Source of the DNA: Octopus vulgaris
Taxonomy: Eukaryota
Length of the DNA: 64,000 nt
Direction: 5' to 3'
NCBI GenBank assembly: GCA_951406725.2
Contig: OX597814.1
Coordinates: 57,660,001-57,724,000 of the forward strand
Shown here: positions 1 through 13,398 of the stretch, one piece after another
Numbering within the stretch: the first letter of the stretch is position 1
Layout of the letters: each line of letters begins with the position of its first letter
Notes under the pieces: generated by a model
What the model was told of the DNA's origin: nothing
Seen by the model: only the letters and a program-made list of their open reading frames with translations
Database searches by the model: none
Position numbers and translations under genes: made by a program

Positions 1-107
1 CTTCTTGTCCAGTTTATCCTTCAACTTAGATTGCAGTTATGTCTGCATCATGCGTGCGTGTATGCGAATGTGTGTGTGTGTGATAGACAGAAAACTGTGT
101 ATGTGAT

Positions 108-138
<31 letters not shown>

Positions 139-2370
139 GCAAGCATGTGTCATGTATTTTGTATTTACCGACAATGTAACTTTTATCATTTTTGCTATCC
201 CTACCACTGCTTGTCAATTTCAATGTTCTATCAACTTTAACTTCTTATGCTTCTTCTCTCTGTATCGCTCTTTTATTCTCTCTTACACTTATCTCTCACT
301 GTCTCTATACAATCTAAATCAGGTACGGAAAAAAATCTATCAACCAGCCAACATTTATATCACGTATTATATGGAGATGAAAACTTTTATATTTCGGAAT
401 ATGGGGAATTTTTGATGAAGAAAAGACTATTTTTTTCATTAGGTTAACACAAACATTTTAACCTGGTTCTAGGGTAGCTTGAATTGAGTGAACAGATTAT
501 TTCAGTCATTCTGGTCAGTTCTGCCGTTTGAAGACATTATTGAAAGCAAACTCGGAGGCTCTGTAAAGGCTGTTGGCTTACACCTACTTTTCAAACCATA
601 AAAGACAACATATCTTTTTTTTATGAACACATAGTATGTCCAAATTGATATAAGAGTTAGGAAGCCAGTGGAGTGTTAGTAGCTTGTATCTTATATGCTT
701 ATGGCCAAGGAACTCTGTTCCCCTCGAGTAGTAGGAACACCTCACTGATATCTACGGCAAAGTTAGCGTAGCGTTCACAGGAGATTGGTGAATTTGCAAT
801 GCCAAGACTAAATAACTATTGAGTGATGGTCTTCAAGAAACTGACTTTCTCTTGATTATCATTTATTTAGTGCAATCCAAGTTCCTTGATTGAAAGTGAA
901 AGGAAAATGTAAAGGAAAACGATCGAATTTGAGAGCAAAAGTGTAAGGCACAAAAAAAGATAAATATAATCCATTTATTTACTCCTTATTCAATAGTTGT
1001 AACAAATTTGGGTGCCACATCGTAAAACGTCGTCCTACCACGGATAGAACGAAGGTTGTCTTGTAGTCGGTTGGGCATCTTTATTGTGATTCTAATTTGA
1101 GAGATGATAAGGAGAGATTGAAGTGCCATTTGACGAGAGTATTCAGCAGGATTAGTGTAAGAATACACAGATGGAAGACATACTGCTTTCTCCTAACGTT
1201 TGATCTCTGGCCTGCACGTTATAGTTGTATTGAAGTGACGCTGACCAGAGCTATAAAACCCTATTCTCAGTAATCGGAAGCTCCATGAGATACAACAATA
1301 ATGACTAATTCAACTATCAATCAACATGTTTTGTTAACAGATCCTTTAGTAATAATTACCGTAACATATGGCCGTTTTAGTTTAACCTGCAGATAAGGAG
1401 CTTAACTGTACTAAAATTTAGTTACTAGTTTTCTCAAAATGGCACCATTAAATTTAGGAGCAAGATTAAGTCGTTTCGACAACCGACGGTCTTAGTAACA
1501 ACTTATCCAGCTTAATTAGATAAAGAGGATATTAATATTGATTTAAGATCAGTAATTCCAGCTGTTAAACATTGGAGATAAAACAACATAAAGTGTAAAT
1601 TGAACTGAACAGTAGAATATTGCTGTTCATATTATCTTTTCATATGGAAGTAGTCACTGTCCACTTCAAGTGTCCTGATTGACAATTTTAATTAGGTAAT
1701 ATAATGAAAAGTTCCCCGATGCTCTAAGGAAAATTCTGTTTTCTGACCGAAATTTGATAACATTTCCGCGATAGAATATTTGGCAAACAGTTTTGATTCA
1801 GTGGAATGTAGTTAATAATTCATATCACGATCGAACGATCTAGGAATAACCAATGGCTTCTAAACTACAATAATCATATCATCACTTAATCTAGAATTAT
1901 TCATCTTCAAAACCAGCAGAGTAATTGATGGTCGATCGACAAAGCATTGACTTTTCAGTTAAACGGACTACATCGTGTTCCTGATCAAGATACAAGCTGA
2001 AAATACGTCCATGCGGTAGTATATATTACCAATATGAGCATCACAGCATTTTATTATAGACGAATAGTATTTTAGATTGATGGTGACGTTACTTGCTTCA
2101 TTTCTTCTAGACGTTTTAGGCATGTCTTCCACAATTTCTGCTGGTGCTTTCCTTCCAACGCGTGTTTCTGTTGGAATACACTAAGTCTGTAAATGTTTAT
2201 TTCGTGGTTATATTTTTATTTATCAGTCCTAGATATAATTTGCTTTAATTTTGATGGAAGGATGAAACAGATATCAATCTAAATAAATAATTAAAATTAT
2301 GAAAGGAAACATAGTCCTTCCAAATTCGCTCATATTAACATCCCAATTTTACAATAGTATACTCCAATGG

Positions 2371-2422
<52 letters not shown>

Positions 2423-2449
2423 TCTAAGTGTGTATTTATATATATATAG

Positions 2450-2548
<99 letters not shown>

Positions 2549-2585
2549 AATATAAACGTAATCTTACAATAGTATTCCACTAATC

Positions 2586-2624
<39 letters not shown>

Positions 2625-2626
2625 TA

Positions 2627-2787
2627 CGAGGGGCTTCTTTCAGTTTCCGTCTACCAAATCCACTCACAAGGCTTTGGTCGGCCCGAGGCTATAGTAGAAG
2701 ACACATGCCCAAGGTGCCACGCAGTGGGACTGAACCCGGAAACATGTGGTTGGTAAACAAGCTACTTACCAGACAGTCACTCTTACG

Positions 2788-2790
<3 letters not shown>
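2627..2790 (-). mobile_element. tRNA-derived SINE, family B (5' part)
   Basis: Reverse complement of the GGCTGTGTGGTAAGTAGCTTG...GGTTCAGTCCCACTGCGTGGCACCTTGGGCA...GAAAGAAGCCC head seen at 28511 and 48755; has A/B-box-like motifs. Confidence 0.8.
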
Positions 2791-2822
<32 letters not shown>

Positions 2823-2829
<7 letters not shown>

Positions 2830-3260
2830 CAGGGTAAAAATTATCAAATAATATAATACTGTATTATAATTTATACACGGAGGGGAGACCACCATGTGGG
2901 CTCCTTACATGCTAGAGAAGGCAGTCAAAAGCTACGAAAAAATACATTCTTATTGTACGATTGTACGTTGCTTGTAAGCGAGCAGGACACTTGAATGAAA
3001 CAAAATCTCAGTTAACCTTATACCCATGAGTTTCACCATTAGTGGTCAAATAAACCAATAAATTAATTGATGAATTAACCATCCGTAGCTCGTCAGTAGA
3101 GTTGCTGGAAAATGCATAATTATGAAATTACAATACGTACCGAATAATAAAGTAAAAACATGCGCATCTTGTTCCATTTTTATACATCAAGAATTGAAAT
3201 TGAATACCTTTAACCAACGTGCAGAGTCATAGTAGTTCAGCAGTGAATGAATTCAACCGT
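2823..3260 (-). mobile_element. Hammerhead-bearing non-coding retroelement unit (Penelope-like/retrozyme-like), copy A
   Basis: Starts right after (TA)n. Its first part is repeated at 4535-4796 and its second part is inverted at 4797-4999. Contains a hammerhead at 3014-3103. Confidence 0.6.
3014..3103 (-). ncRNA. Type I hammerhead ribozyme with long stem II
   Basis: Minus strand: AACUCUA-CUGACGA-[GCUA..UGGUUAA..AUCAAU/AUUGGU..UUGACCA..UGGU]-GAAAC-UCAUGG-GUA^UAAGGUU. Core intact; stem I has one mismatch. Confidence 0.75.
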
Positions 3261-3266
3261 GTATTA

Positions 3267-4502
3267 TTAGGTTGTTCCAAAAATAATGGCCGCTCTGAGT
3301 TTTGTGTTTTGAAACGCAATTTTATCATAGTGTTTAATCATATTTCGGTGAATTTCGACAAACTTAATAACTGATGTATGCTCTTTTATAATTTTCTACT
3401 TATTTCATACAGAAAACATTCTTGAAGCATAAGTGCCCTTAATTATGAACATGACAAAAAAGGACCTTCGCTTACTTTTCTTGCATGAGTTCAAGCGTGG
3501 GCACAATGCCTCCTAAACTGCTGCCAATATCAACAGAGCACAAGTGACCGCACAGTATGAAGGTGGTTTCAGAAATTCCATGGTCGTGATGAGAGCCTTG
3601 AAGATGAAGGAGGTAGAGGACGGTCATGCAGTTTTCACAATGAACAACTGAAAGCAATTGTTGAACACAACCCACGTCAAATTGTCAGAGAAATGTCTCA
3701 GGCACATGGTGGTATTGCAAAGGTCTCACGCAATCTGTAGAAGATTGGTAAGGTGAAAAAGCTGGATAGATGGGTACCGCATGAGCTCATTGAAAATCAA
3801 AAAGTTCGGCGTTTTGAAGTGTGCTTGATGCTTTCTTCTGTGAAGCACCAATGATCCTTTTCTTGATCGAATAGTCACTTGTGACGAAAAGTGGATCCTT
3901 TATGATAACCGTAAACGGTCAGGTGATGGCTTGATCATGATGAGGCCCCCAAACATATTCCAAAACCAAAGTAGCATCAGCAAAAGATTATGGTGACTGT
4001 CTGGTGGTCTGTTATTAGTGTTGTCCATTACAGCTTTCTGCAGAGGTTTACTGCAATCAAGTCGCTGAAATGCATGCTCACTAGCAAAAAATGAGATCTG
4101 CATTGGTGAATCGGTGTGGCCCAATTCTGCTCCACGATAATGCAAAGTCACATATTCGAAGAATGACGCTGCTGAAACTCACAGACTTGGGATACAAGAC
4201 TTTACCATATCCTCCATATTCTCCCGGATTTTCACCCATTGACTACCATTTAAAGCATTTAAACACGTTTTGAAGTGATAAAATTTTCAGGTCAAAATGA
4301 AGGGTGGAATCAGCTTTCAAAGATTTCTTAGCATCAAAGCCAATACGTTTTTTTCAACGAGGCATAAATAATCTCGTTGATCGATGGCAGAGATGCATAG
4401 ATGTTCACAGATCATACTTTGACAAACCAAAACATCTCTATTCCTAATTTTTTCAGAATAAAATTGTTTCTGAAATCGGCCGTTATTCTCCCAACAACTT
4501 AA
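3267..4502 (+). mobile_element. Mariner (D,D34D-type) DNA transposon, near full length, decayed
   Basis: Imperfect TIRs TTAGGTTGTTCCAAAAATAATGGCCG / CGGCCGTTATTCTCCCAACAACTTAA with TA on both sides; internal transposase motifs. Confidence 0.9.
3451..4425 (+). pseudogene. Mariner transposase pseudogene (frameshifts/stops)
   Basis: MTKKDLRLLFLHEFKRGHNA, WVPHEL (~3771), IVTCDEKWILYDN, LLHDNAKSH and PYSPGFSPIDYH spread over different frames. Confidence 0.9.
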
Positions 4503-4534
4503 TATCTGCCGAAGAATTTAAATATTTAACTATA

Positions 4535-5048
4535 TAAATACAGGGTAAAAATTATTAAATAAACAATTTATACCAGTGGTTAGCATGTGTAATAAAAGTC
4601 AGAAGACATAAATATTTTTATAATATAATAGTGTATAAGAATTTATACACGGAGAGGAAACCACCATGTGGAATTCTTACGTGCTAGAGAGGGCAGTCAA
4701 AACCCAAACCACGAAAAAGCAAAAAAAAAAAATCTTATTTATTACACGTTGCATGTAAGCGAGAAGGACGCTTCAATGAATAAAAATCTCAGTTAATCTC
4801 TGCACGTTGGTTGAGGGCATTCGATTTGAATTCTTGATGTATAAAGATGGAAATAAATGCTCATATGTTTACTTTATGTATTCGGTACATATTGTAGTTT
4901 CGTAATTAAGAGTTTTCCAGCGACTCTACTGACGAGCCACGGATGGTTAATTAATCAATTAATTAACTAATTAATTGATTTATTTGATCATTAAAGGTGG
5001 TCACCTCTCCGTGTATAAATTCTTATACACTATTATATTATAAATATA
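4535..5048. mobile_element. Rearranged copy B of the hammerhead-bearing unit (direct plus inverted segments)
   Basis: 4535-4796 resembles 2825-3016; 4797-4999 is the reverse complement of ~3034-3226; 4996-5048 is the reverse complement of ~4612-4665. CTGACGA at 4929 has no following GAAAC. Confidence 0.65.
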
Positions 5049-5989
5049 TAAATATAAGACCAATATATGAACCCAGTAGAAAACAGAAGTCGAAAGATTA
5101 ACTAAAGGATCTGATTGATACTATTTTGTTGTCAACATTCAAACTTCTACTGAGTGCCATTTTATATCAGTGAGTAAATTATTAAAGGTAACTTGTTTTG
5201 AACAGGATCAATTAGCTCTCAAGAAAGCTAAACGTTATTATTTATGAAATCAATCCACAACTAATTATTAAAGAGTTCTTTTGACTAGAAACAAAGGCAA
5301 GTTTTGAAGAAAACAGATCATATTCCATTCGGTTTAAAAGACTGGTGCTTATATAAATAATATAGCTAGATATGAGTCATGTCCATCCCGGCTGGAATTT
5401 TTATTCGCAAGTGGGATTAATGGAACTAGATTTAATAGCTGCATCGTATATATCTATCATTTCTACCATTCTATTACTCTTTTTGTGGTCATGAATGGGG
5501 AAAATAATTCCTTCATCTTACTCTTCCTAGTAAACCACATTGCATATTATGGTTTGAATTAGTGATTCTTAAACTGTGTACCGCCACTGATCAATGGTAC
5601 ATCTCAGATTTTAAAAATTCTATATTAATGTGTGATTGTGTTGAAGATCGTGTTATTAATTATTTTGTATGGTTAATAAAACAAAGTAGTGCGTTAGTAA
5701 TTTTATGTTTGAACCTCTCAATGCACAAGGAAATGCAAAAAATATGAGAATCATCGATCTGATTGTTATATATTTGCAGACACAGTAGAGTGTCGTAAAA
5801 TATTCTATCAACTCGAAATTCTATCATGATCAATCCTTATTTTATTAACCTCTCGGAGTTAATAAAATAAGTACCAGTTGAGAATTGGGTTCGATGTAAT
5901 CAACTAGCTCGCACCCACAAATTTCAGGCCTCGCGCCTGTAGTAGAAAGAATTATTATTATATAATTGTTCAACATTTGATAATTTGAG

Positions 5990-6511
5990 GCAAATTTGAG
6001 GCATTGTGTGTTCTTTTCTGTTGTTCGGGGTGCACAAATGCCTCCCGGTCTTGTAGTATGAAAGTTTTTTCTTTTGAGGTGTGGTGCAGTCTTTTGTTGT
6101 ATTACTGTTTGTATTGTGTGTTGAGTATGTAATGCGTTGGTTATTTGGATTGCTGGTGGAAGTTTATTTCACTTGGTAATTGCTGTATAGTGTGCTTGTT
6201 GGTTGTTTTGTTTAGATATAGTATTATTGAATTAATAGTGTCTTGCGTAGTATGTGGGCTGTTTCTAGTGGGGTTATTTTTTGGATAGTGTGTAGTATTC
6301 AGGAGCCAGGTGTAGCTTCTACGTTTTTGTCCATATAATTTTGAGGTCTTTGTAATTTGACAATTTCTCCACTTCTTTTTGGGCAATATTTTGATAAGAA
6401 GGAAGTACAATGTCTGTCAGTTAGAATGTGTTTTTTTTCCAATCCTTGATTATTATGTCTGGTCGATTATCTTTTATTTCTTTGTCGGTTTGAACTCTCG
6501 TATCCCAGATC
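5990..6511 (-). mobile_element. 3' fragment of an RLE-type non-LTR retrotransposon (R4/Dong-like), copy 1
   Basis: Minus translation IWDTRVQTDKEIKDNRPDIIIKDWKKNTF*LTDIVLPSYQNIAQKEVEKLSNYKDL matches a PD-(D/E)xK restriction-like endonuclease; abuts (CAT)/(TAT)n. The 3' boundary is approximate. Confidence 0.7.
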
Positions 6512-6530
6512 ATCATCATTATCATCATTT

Positions 6531-6533
<3 letters not shown>

Positions 6534-6598
<65 letters not shown>
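6534..6598. repeat. (TAA)n microsatellite
   Basis: Seen directly. Confidence 0.95.
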
Positions 6599-6601
<3 letters not shown>

Positions 6602-7735
6602 TAGTTTTATTTTTATAGCGTGCTTTCACTTCACTGCCGAGCGCAGCTATGTGTGCCTTGGGTATGTGTTGTGATTTGTTGTGGTGCTCTGATGGTCACT
6701 GTATTGAAAGTGTTTTGCGTAGGATGTGTGCAGTGCCTAGTAGTGCAATTTTCTGTATGTTATATGTGTTTGTAAGTCCTGGTGTTTTTGTTATGTATTT
6801 GTCTGAATATTTTGTTTTCATGCCTAATGCACCTACTATGATAGGAATTGTTTCTGTTTTCAGATTCCACATTCTGGTTACCTCTATTTCCAGATTTTTG
6901 TATTTTGCAAGTTTCTCCATTTCTTTTAGAGAACGTTGTCATCAGCTGGTATTGATACATCAATTAGAAAGCATGTTTTTTTCTTCATGATCTCTGGCAT
7001 CTATATCTGGCCTGTTGGCCTTAATTTCTCTATCTGTGTGTATTGGCATTGCCCAGAGTATGGTTGCTTTCTCGTTTTCAGTGACTTTTTTCTGGTGTGT
7101 GCTCATACCATATTTTTTCAGTTGTTATTCGATAATGTTGGCATAGCTTCCAGTGTATGTAGGTCCCAACTCTGTCGTGTCTGTGAATATATTCCTTCTT
7201 AGCCAGGACTGGGCAGCCAGAGATAATATGATTTATTGTTTCTTGTCCATCTCCACATATTATGCAGTTACTTGTTATGTTTCTTTTCATTATATGTTTT
7301 TGGTAGTTTCTGGTGGGGAGGCTTTGGTCTTGTCCCTCCGTCTCTGCTTTGAGTCCTGAGCTTCTCAACCATTGCTGGGACTTTTCTTTGTCTATTTCTT
7401 TTGCATTTAGTTTAGTCCAGTATTTGCCATGAAGGGGCTTTTCTTGCCATCATTTTATCATGATTCGTTGCTGTTCTAGTTTTAGTTTTTATTTCATTTG
7501 TTTTATAGCTTTTGTTGTTTCTTCTTCTTCTTCTCCTCCTCCTCCTCCTCCTCCTCCTCCTCCTTCTTCTTCTTCTTCTTCTTCTTCTTCTTCTTCTTCT
7601 TCTTCTTCTTCTTCTTCTTCTTCTTCTTCTTCTTCTTCTTCGTCTCCTTCTTCTTCCTCATATTTGTTAGGTGGTATGATTTCTTGTTTGTATTTTTCAG
7701 CTTCCTTAAATACTGAGAACTTTTTTTGTTTTTAG
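6599..7735 (-). mobile_element. 5'-truncated RLE-type non-LTR retrotransposon (R4/Dong-like), copy 2
   Basis: CCHC knuckle CIICGDGQETINHIISGC, RHDRVG, RPDIDARD...IDVSIP...KEMEKLAKYKNL, IIVGALG. Frameshifted, with an internal (GAA)/(GGA)n expansion at 7520-7658. Flanked by (TAA)n on both sides. Confidence 0.85.
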
Positions 7736-7739
7736 TATT

Positions 7740-7767
7740 ATCATTATCATCATCATCATCATCATCA

Positions 7768-7837
<70 letters not shown>
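7740..7837. repeat. (CAT)n/(TAA)n microsatellite
   Basis: Seen directly. Confidence 0.95.
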
Positions 7838-7839
<2 letters not shown>

Positions 7840-8150
7840 GTTTAGATTTTGCTTTGTATTTGTACAAGTTCACTCAAAGTCTCACCCAGAGACCTCAAGA
7901 GACAATAAGTTAGAAGTTCAAGTTAGTGTTAGGACTAAGGTGCCATATTTTTGGTTTTTGCACAGAGTATAGTTCCAGAGAATGTCTGTGAAAACCTAAG
8001 AAAATTTGAAGTTTGTTTTAAAAGTAATTTGATTATAAGATGGTAGTGTGACGTTAAGATGACAGGAAAAGGTGTTTGCTACTATGTACATTTAAAAGTA
8101 CTTTTGACTATGTTTACAGTTTAAAATGCTTTTGGGATTATATAGGCAAT
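7838..8150 (-). mobile_element. Probable 3' UTR fragment of a third non-LTR element ending in (AAT)n
   Basis: Minus strand ...GAGGTCTCTGGGTGAGACTTTGAGTGAACTTGTACAAATACAAAGCAAAATCTAAACG runs directly into (AAT)n. No coding motif seen. Confidence 0.4.
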
Positions 8151-9289
8151 ATTTATTGTTGTTGTTGTTGTTGTTACTGTTGTTGTTGCTGCTATTGTTG
8201 GTATTGTCGAATCTGAACATTTTCTTGAAGCTGCGTGTGTTTGTGATTTGTTATCCTTTTAAGAAGCCTAGTTTTATTAATATCGTTCTATCTTGTTTTT
8301 TGCTTGACCAGAACCATGAGGGATGGAACACCTGTTATTGTTCCTCACCCTAAGGGACAAGATTTTAAGAGAAACATTTCAAAACAGAAAGAACAATCAA
8401 AATGGCATTATCCTTGTCGTCCATTCAGCTAAAAAAGAAGGCAGGAGAAGGTTTTGGAGGCAAAACCGTCTTGCGCATCACCACCTATTTCACAATAATT
8501 AATTAAAAATAGTAGCCTTAATTAAATACGATACGTAGCAATAGGAACAGCGAGAGCAGCAGCAGTAAATATAACAAGAACAACTATAACAACACCTGTA
8601 GCGACATTGAGAACAGTGACATATCAGAATTTAAGCTCGTAAAATCCACATGCAATTAAATCATGCATTGCACTGCTACTGCAGCAAACTGTATAAAGAA
8701 CTCCACCGCCACCAAAGAAGGAATAATGGCAGCTGCAATGTAATACTAACACCTGTAACAGCAATAGCAGCTGTGAAAATAGCAAAAATTATTTTCTTTT
8801 ATCAAATTGCACTAGACAATACGCATGAATATTTAAAAGAAGCGAAGAAAGACATAAATAGACTACATCATAAAAAAGTTATGCTTAATATAACGAAACA
8901 TATTTTAGACCAAACAAAAAGGAGAACAATTCTGTATAGACGTGCATCAACGAAAAGACATTAATTAGAGCGTATATCTTCAGACCAAGCTGCATTTTAA
9001 AAATAAAATAAGGCTAGGCGTTAATTTTGCGGGATATACCATAAGATCGGATATGCCCGAGTTATTTTCTACACGGAATCCCTACTCAGAAGCACTCCAC
9101 TGTCCTCAATGAGCTGAAGATTTCTCACTGATACACTGTTAAATGGAACGGAGACTGTTCCGAGCAAGAATCTCAAGCATATCATTAGAAGACCATAGCA
9201 TGCTGCATGAAATAAAACGGTTCCGAAAAGAAAATCGTGTCATTGTGTGATTGAAGATTTTAATCTGAGTGAAATCTGAGATACTGGTC

Positions 9290-11400
9290 AAAATTCCCGA
9301 CCTAATAGAGATCCTAGGAGGGTAGTAGATACAGATGGTAATGGAGCGTAGAAGGCTCTGAAGCTACAAATTTGGAAATACTAATAACCCTCTAAGTTTT
9401 TTGCCTCAACACAAACAACCACAGCAAATGCTAGAGCAATATGTAGCCGCAGAAACATTGATTACAGCACCAATAACGAGACTGGAAGCCGCACGAAGAA
9501 CACCAATAGTGGAGACAGCAATAAAAATGCACCAAAAAGAACATCGCTCTCAAAAGCCACAACAATAACTAAAAGCTCTCAAAGAACAATAAAACAAAAA
9601 GGCAGATTCATCCAAGACGTGTCCTTTTTCTCTTGGGACCACTCTGACATGTTATGGGCTTAATGTGATACTGAGGACCCTAAATGACAAAAAAGTTGTT
9701 AATGTAAAGAAAAGAAGAAAACACGAAAACACCAACACAAAATATGACTGATATGAGTAAATGGTGGAAACACTTGTAATCAACAAGCTACCCAGACCAT
9801 TCCCAACAGCAGTAACACAATACTACCAACGCCACCATCCCCATCACCGCCACCTCTATCACAGATAGTGATAGTGGTAGTGATGGGGATGGTGTTATTG
9901 ATGCAAACATAAATACTATATAATTCACAAGCAATCAGGTCATACACCGCAACACGAATTAAAAAAGAAAATCATTAGCTACACATTCATGAACACAAAC
10001 ATGCAAGCATCTCACAGTACACGTAATCATCTAAATATCACAACACACTGCATCTTAAAAACATACACACCGAAGGAGTAAGAGATTTCAGGGTCATAGA
10101 AACGAAAGACTGTGCAAAGAACGGTTTGTGGAAACATCCACAACTAGCCAAAGGAACGGAATATCAGAGTTCCGTGTAATGGCCTTTGAATAAGCAGTAT
10201 ATATACATGTGGCATGAGGTTAGCACAAACTCCGAGCCACCTGCTCAACGACGTCAGATTACTCTATACAAAGGTAGTGGTCGTCCGTGATACCAGAATC
10301 TCCTAGCCACAAAACTTTATGTCAATTTTCGGTGAATATGAGGTATACACATCTCCAAGTGGGCCGCGATTTGAAGGTGGCCTAGTTGTATCCTTTTGAA
10401 AGGGTCGGGATTTCACGATACAGATTATGGCCATGCCTTAAGATTTGTAGCTGTCTACGTCTCGACAATGGCGGAGCAACAAGATGTCTACTGATGTTTG
10501 GAGGTATTTTTAGGAACGCCCTGCTCTTTAGCATTAGTGGGCGATTGGGACACTATCTTTGATGCGTGTTGAATTGTATAGGCTTAGCTGAGAAGAGGGA
10601 TGCAACTTAGTTAAGCCGGCGTTAACGGACGTAATCGTTAGCAACAAATGGTGGCTTGCTGTGACAAGGACTATTATAGTAGAATCAATAAGGTTCAATA
10701 AGGATATAGAGAAAACAAGAATAGAAGGTGAATTAGTGATATATTTACACAATGTACATAGGAAAGTGATAGCCACAGATGTGCACGCAGTGAGACTGGC
10801 CCTCGACCAATTCTTCAACGTGAAGTAAGGGGGCTGCGACTTTAGATTTAAGGTGCATACTTTAAGACATGGAGAGATGAAAGCTGTTGACAAGTCTGGT
10901 TGATGGAGGCGCAACGTTGCAACAAAACCAAAATTCAGTCTTTTGAAGATCCTAAAGGGTGCGTATTAATCAAGTCCAAGCAGTTGTGTGCGGTTTTTCT
11001 GCAGAACTCTGCAGACTATTAAGAACGAATGGTGGGCCGGACCGTAGGATTAATTTCAGTTATTGATCCTGCTACAACTTCCGGTAAGAGAAGGAGATTG
11101 TTACAAAAAGATGATGAGAGCAGTGGAAGTACGCTGCACGGGGTTAAAGTCGCCTGATTTGGATGTATATTCCATGAACATAACTTTTATATGCTCGGCT
11201 TGTTTAGAAACCTCTTGGATGATATCTGCCGCAAGTAACAGTAGAACGGAAGAACTACCTGATCTGTGAGACGAGGAGTGTTGGCGCTTCTGAGAAAGGA
11301 CGCAAACAAGAAGGACCACAACCGCCGGTGCATGTGATACATCATAGAAATGATGGGTAATGAACCTGGCATCTTTCCATCCGGAGTCAATAAAATATGA
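9290..11400 (+). mobile_element. Heavily decayed Tx1/L1-like LINE (ORF1 knuckle remnant, APE and start of RT)
   Basis: KIPDLIEILGG..VMERRRL*SYKFG (~9290-9385, degenerate knuckle lead-in); GMRLAQTPSHLLNDVRLLYTKVVVVRDTRIS (~10210); FLGTPCSLALVGDWDTIFDA (~10510, GDFN-like); KSPDLDVYS (~11150, KSPGxDG-like). Many stops. Confidence 0.55.
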
Positions 11401-12539
11401 AAAACCTGGATAGATGTAATCGACTTCCTCAGTCCCTCAAAATTACTGGCCTTGAGCCAAAAGTTAGAAAGAATTATTATTAACACTGACATCACTGGAG
11501 TCTCCTCACTTAGCTACATCTGCGGAACATTCTGGCAGCAACACCAGTTAATTTCCTTCCAAGCTTTCCTTTAACATTAGTCAGGTCTCATGGGACAGAA
11601 AGGATATTTTTGTTTGTATATGAATACATTGCACATGAGATGTGTCAACTTTGACCAGTTACCAAAATTATGTGTGCAAATGAGGAATTATTGCAAGTAA
11701 ATTATTTAAAGGGTGCAACCGTATTATAATCCTATACAGAAATTCGAATCAAATTTCCTGACACCTTCACTTTCCTAGCCTTACACCTATATTCTAGTCT
11801 GATATACTGTAATTGAATTTATGAATAATCAGATTTGAATCCGTGAAGATATCTTTTTATAGAGTGTGATAACTTATCTGATTATGGCCTGGTAATTAAA
11901 TCATATAGATAAGCTATTAATTAATTAAATAATCATATAACTGAATAATAGAAATAATTCTTCAGTACAGTTCTTGCACTGTACAATAATATTAAGAATA
12001 GTTTCGCTTCACTTTTACCCATTTTACTTAAAATAGTATTTCGATTAAATAGCAAGCATTTTGAATGTCATCTCGGCACTGTCTGGAATGTTGCATAAGC
12101 AAAAGTCGTTTTTCAGAAACAATAAAACTTCTTGTCACTATAGGGCTACATATTTTGTAGGTTCTAACTATACAGAAAACACAACAAAACATTACCGTGT
12201 CTCATTGACGTCTTTTGATTAGGCACATGAGTAAGTTTTACAACAGATAATTAGAGACCACTGAATTATCTTCTCTGCAATGAAACAGAAAGAGAAACTC
12301 CACCGCCATTCTTTTAAAATTCTAATTGTGAGTCTCTGACTTAAAATTAGTTTTAGCACACAGGTCAACTAGGTTTCTATGATTCAGTTTCACACGATAA
12401 CAAGATATTTATTCTGTATTTTCATTTTAATGTCTTACTACATTCATTTGATTGTGAAATACCCCGCTGCATGCCTTTGATCAGAACTGTTTTGTAGTTG
12501 TAGAACAAAACTTTTTTCTCCACATGCACAGACATGCAG

Positions 12540-13398
12540 GAAGTACAATTCATCTTTAGATTTCGGTTTCTGTCGAGTTTTTCGTATAGCTCTATCTAGT
12601 ATGCTCCAAAGATTTTCAATTGGGTTCATATCAGGAGATTGGTTAGACCAAAGAAGCTTTTCAGTCAGCCATTGTTGTTTCTTTTTCGCTGGGTGGCATA
12701 GAGCCTCATCTTCCATCAATAAAAACTCATTTTTCGTTATGTTATCGTGTGAATAAATCGGAAGTAGTTCTTGCTTAAGTATTTCGATGTATTTTTCAGA
12801 GTTTATGGCTCCAACACATTCGATCAGCTCAGAACTACCATTGCTGGTGAATGCTCCCCATACCATTACAGAGATACCACCATGTTTCACAGCTGGATGG
12901 ACTCGTTTCAAACCAAATTCTTGATTGGGAAGCCTCCAGACCCAAGCACTTCCACTGTCTGAAAATAATGCAAATCTGGATTCATCTGAGAAAATCACTC
13001 TATCACAAAATGAACTAGATTTTTCTGACATCTCCTTAACCCATTTCTTTCTTTTCATGATATTAATTGGTTTAAGGAGAGGGTTTCTTCTAGCTGCTCG
13101 TCCATAATACTCAAGCTTATGCAGATATGTAACACACCTTCTTAGACTAACTTCTAGCTGTTTTGCAACGTCAGAAGACTTCGAACGTTGTTCATTTTCC
13201 GCACTTCTCTTCAAACAGCAAAGTTTCCTTTCCGAGGGCCCAGGTCGGCCAGGACGAGAATATGTTGATTCTTTTCCTTGGCTTTTGAATTCTATTAACA
13301 GTAGCAAGAGGAATTTGAAGATTTTTGACAATTTTCCGCCCAACAATACGACTTCTTTGAAAATCTGACAGTTCTGCTGAATTTTTTGTGTGTGGCAT
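12540..13398 (-). pseudogene. Tc1-family (D,D34E-type) transposase pseudogene
   Basis: MPHTKNSAELSDFQRSRIVG start at 13398, then a frameshift into SRPGRP, VIFSDESRF, GGISVMVWGAF, MEDEALCH, WSNQSPDMNPIENLW. Possible left end TA-CAGGATCAGC near 13560; second TIR not found. Confidence 0.88.

Noticed and set aside
480-2200. Possible decayed LTR-retrotransposon pol region
   Set aside because: Only vague motif resemblance; nothing recoverable by manual translation.
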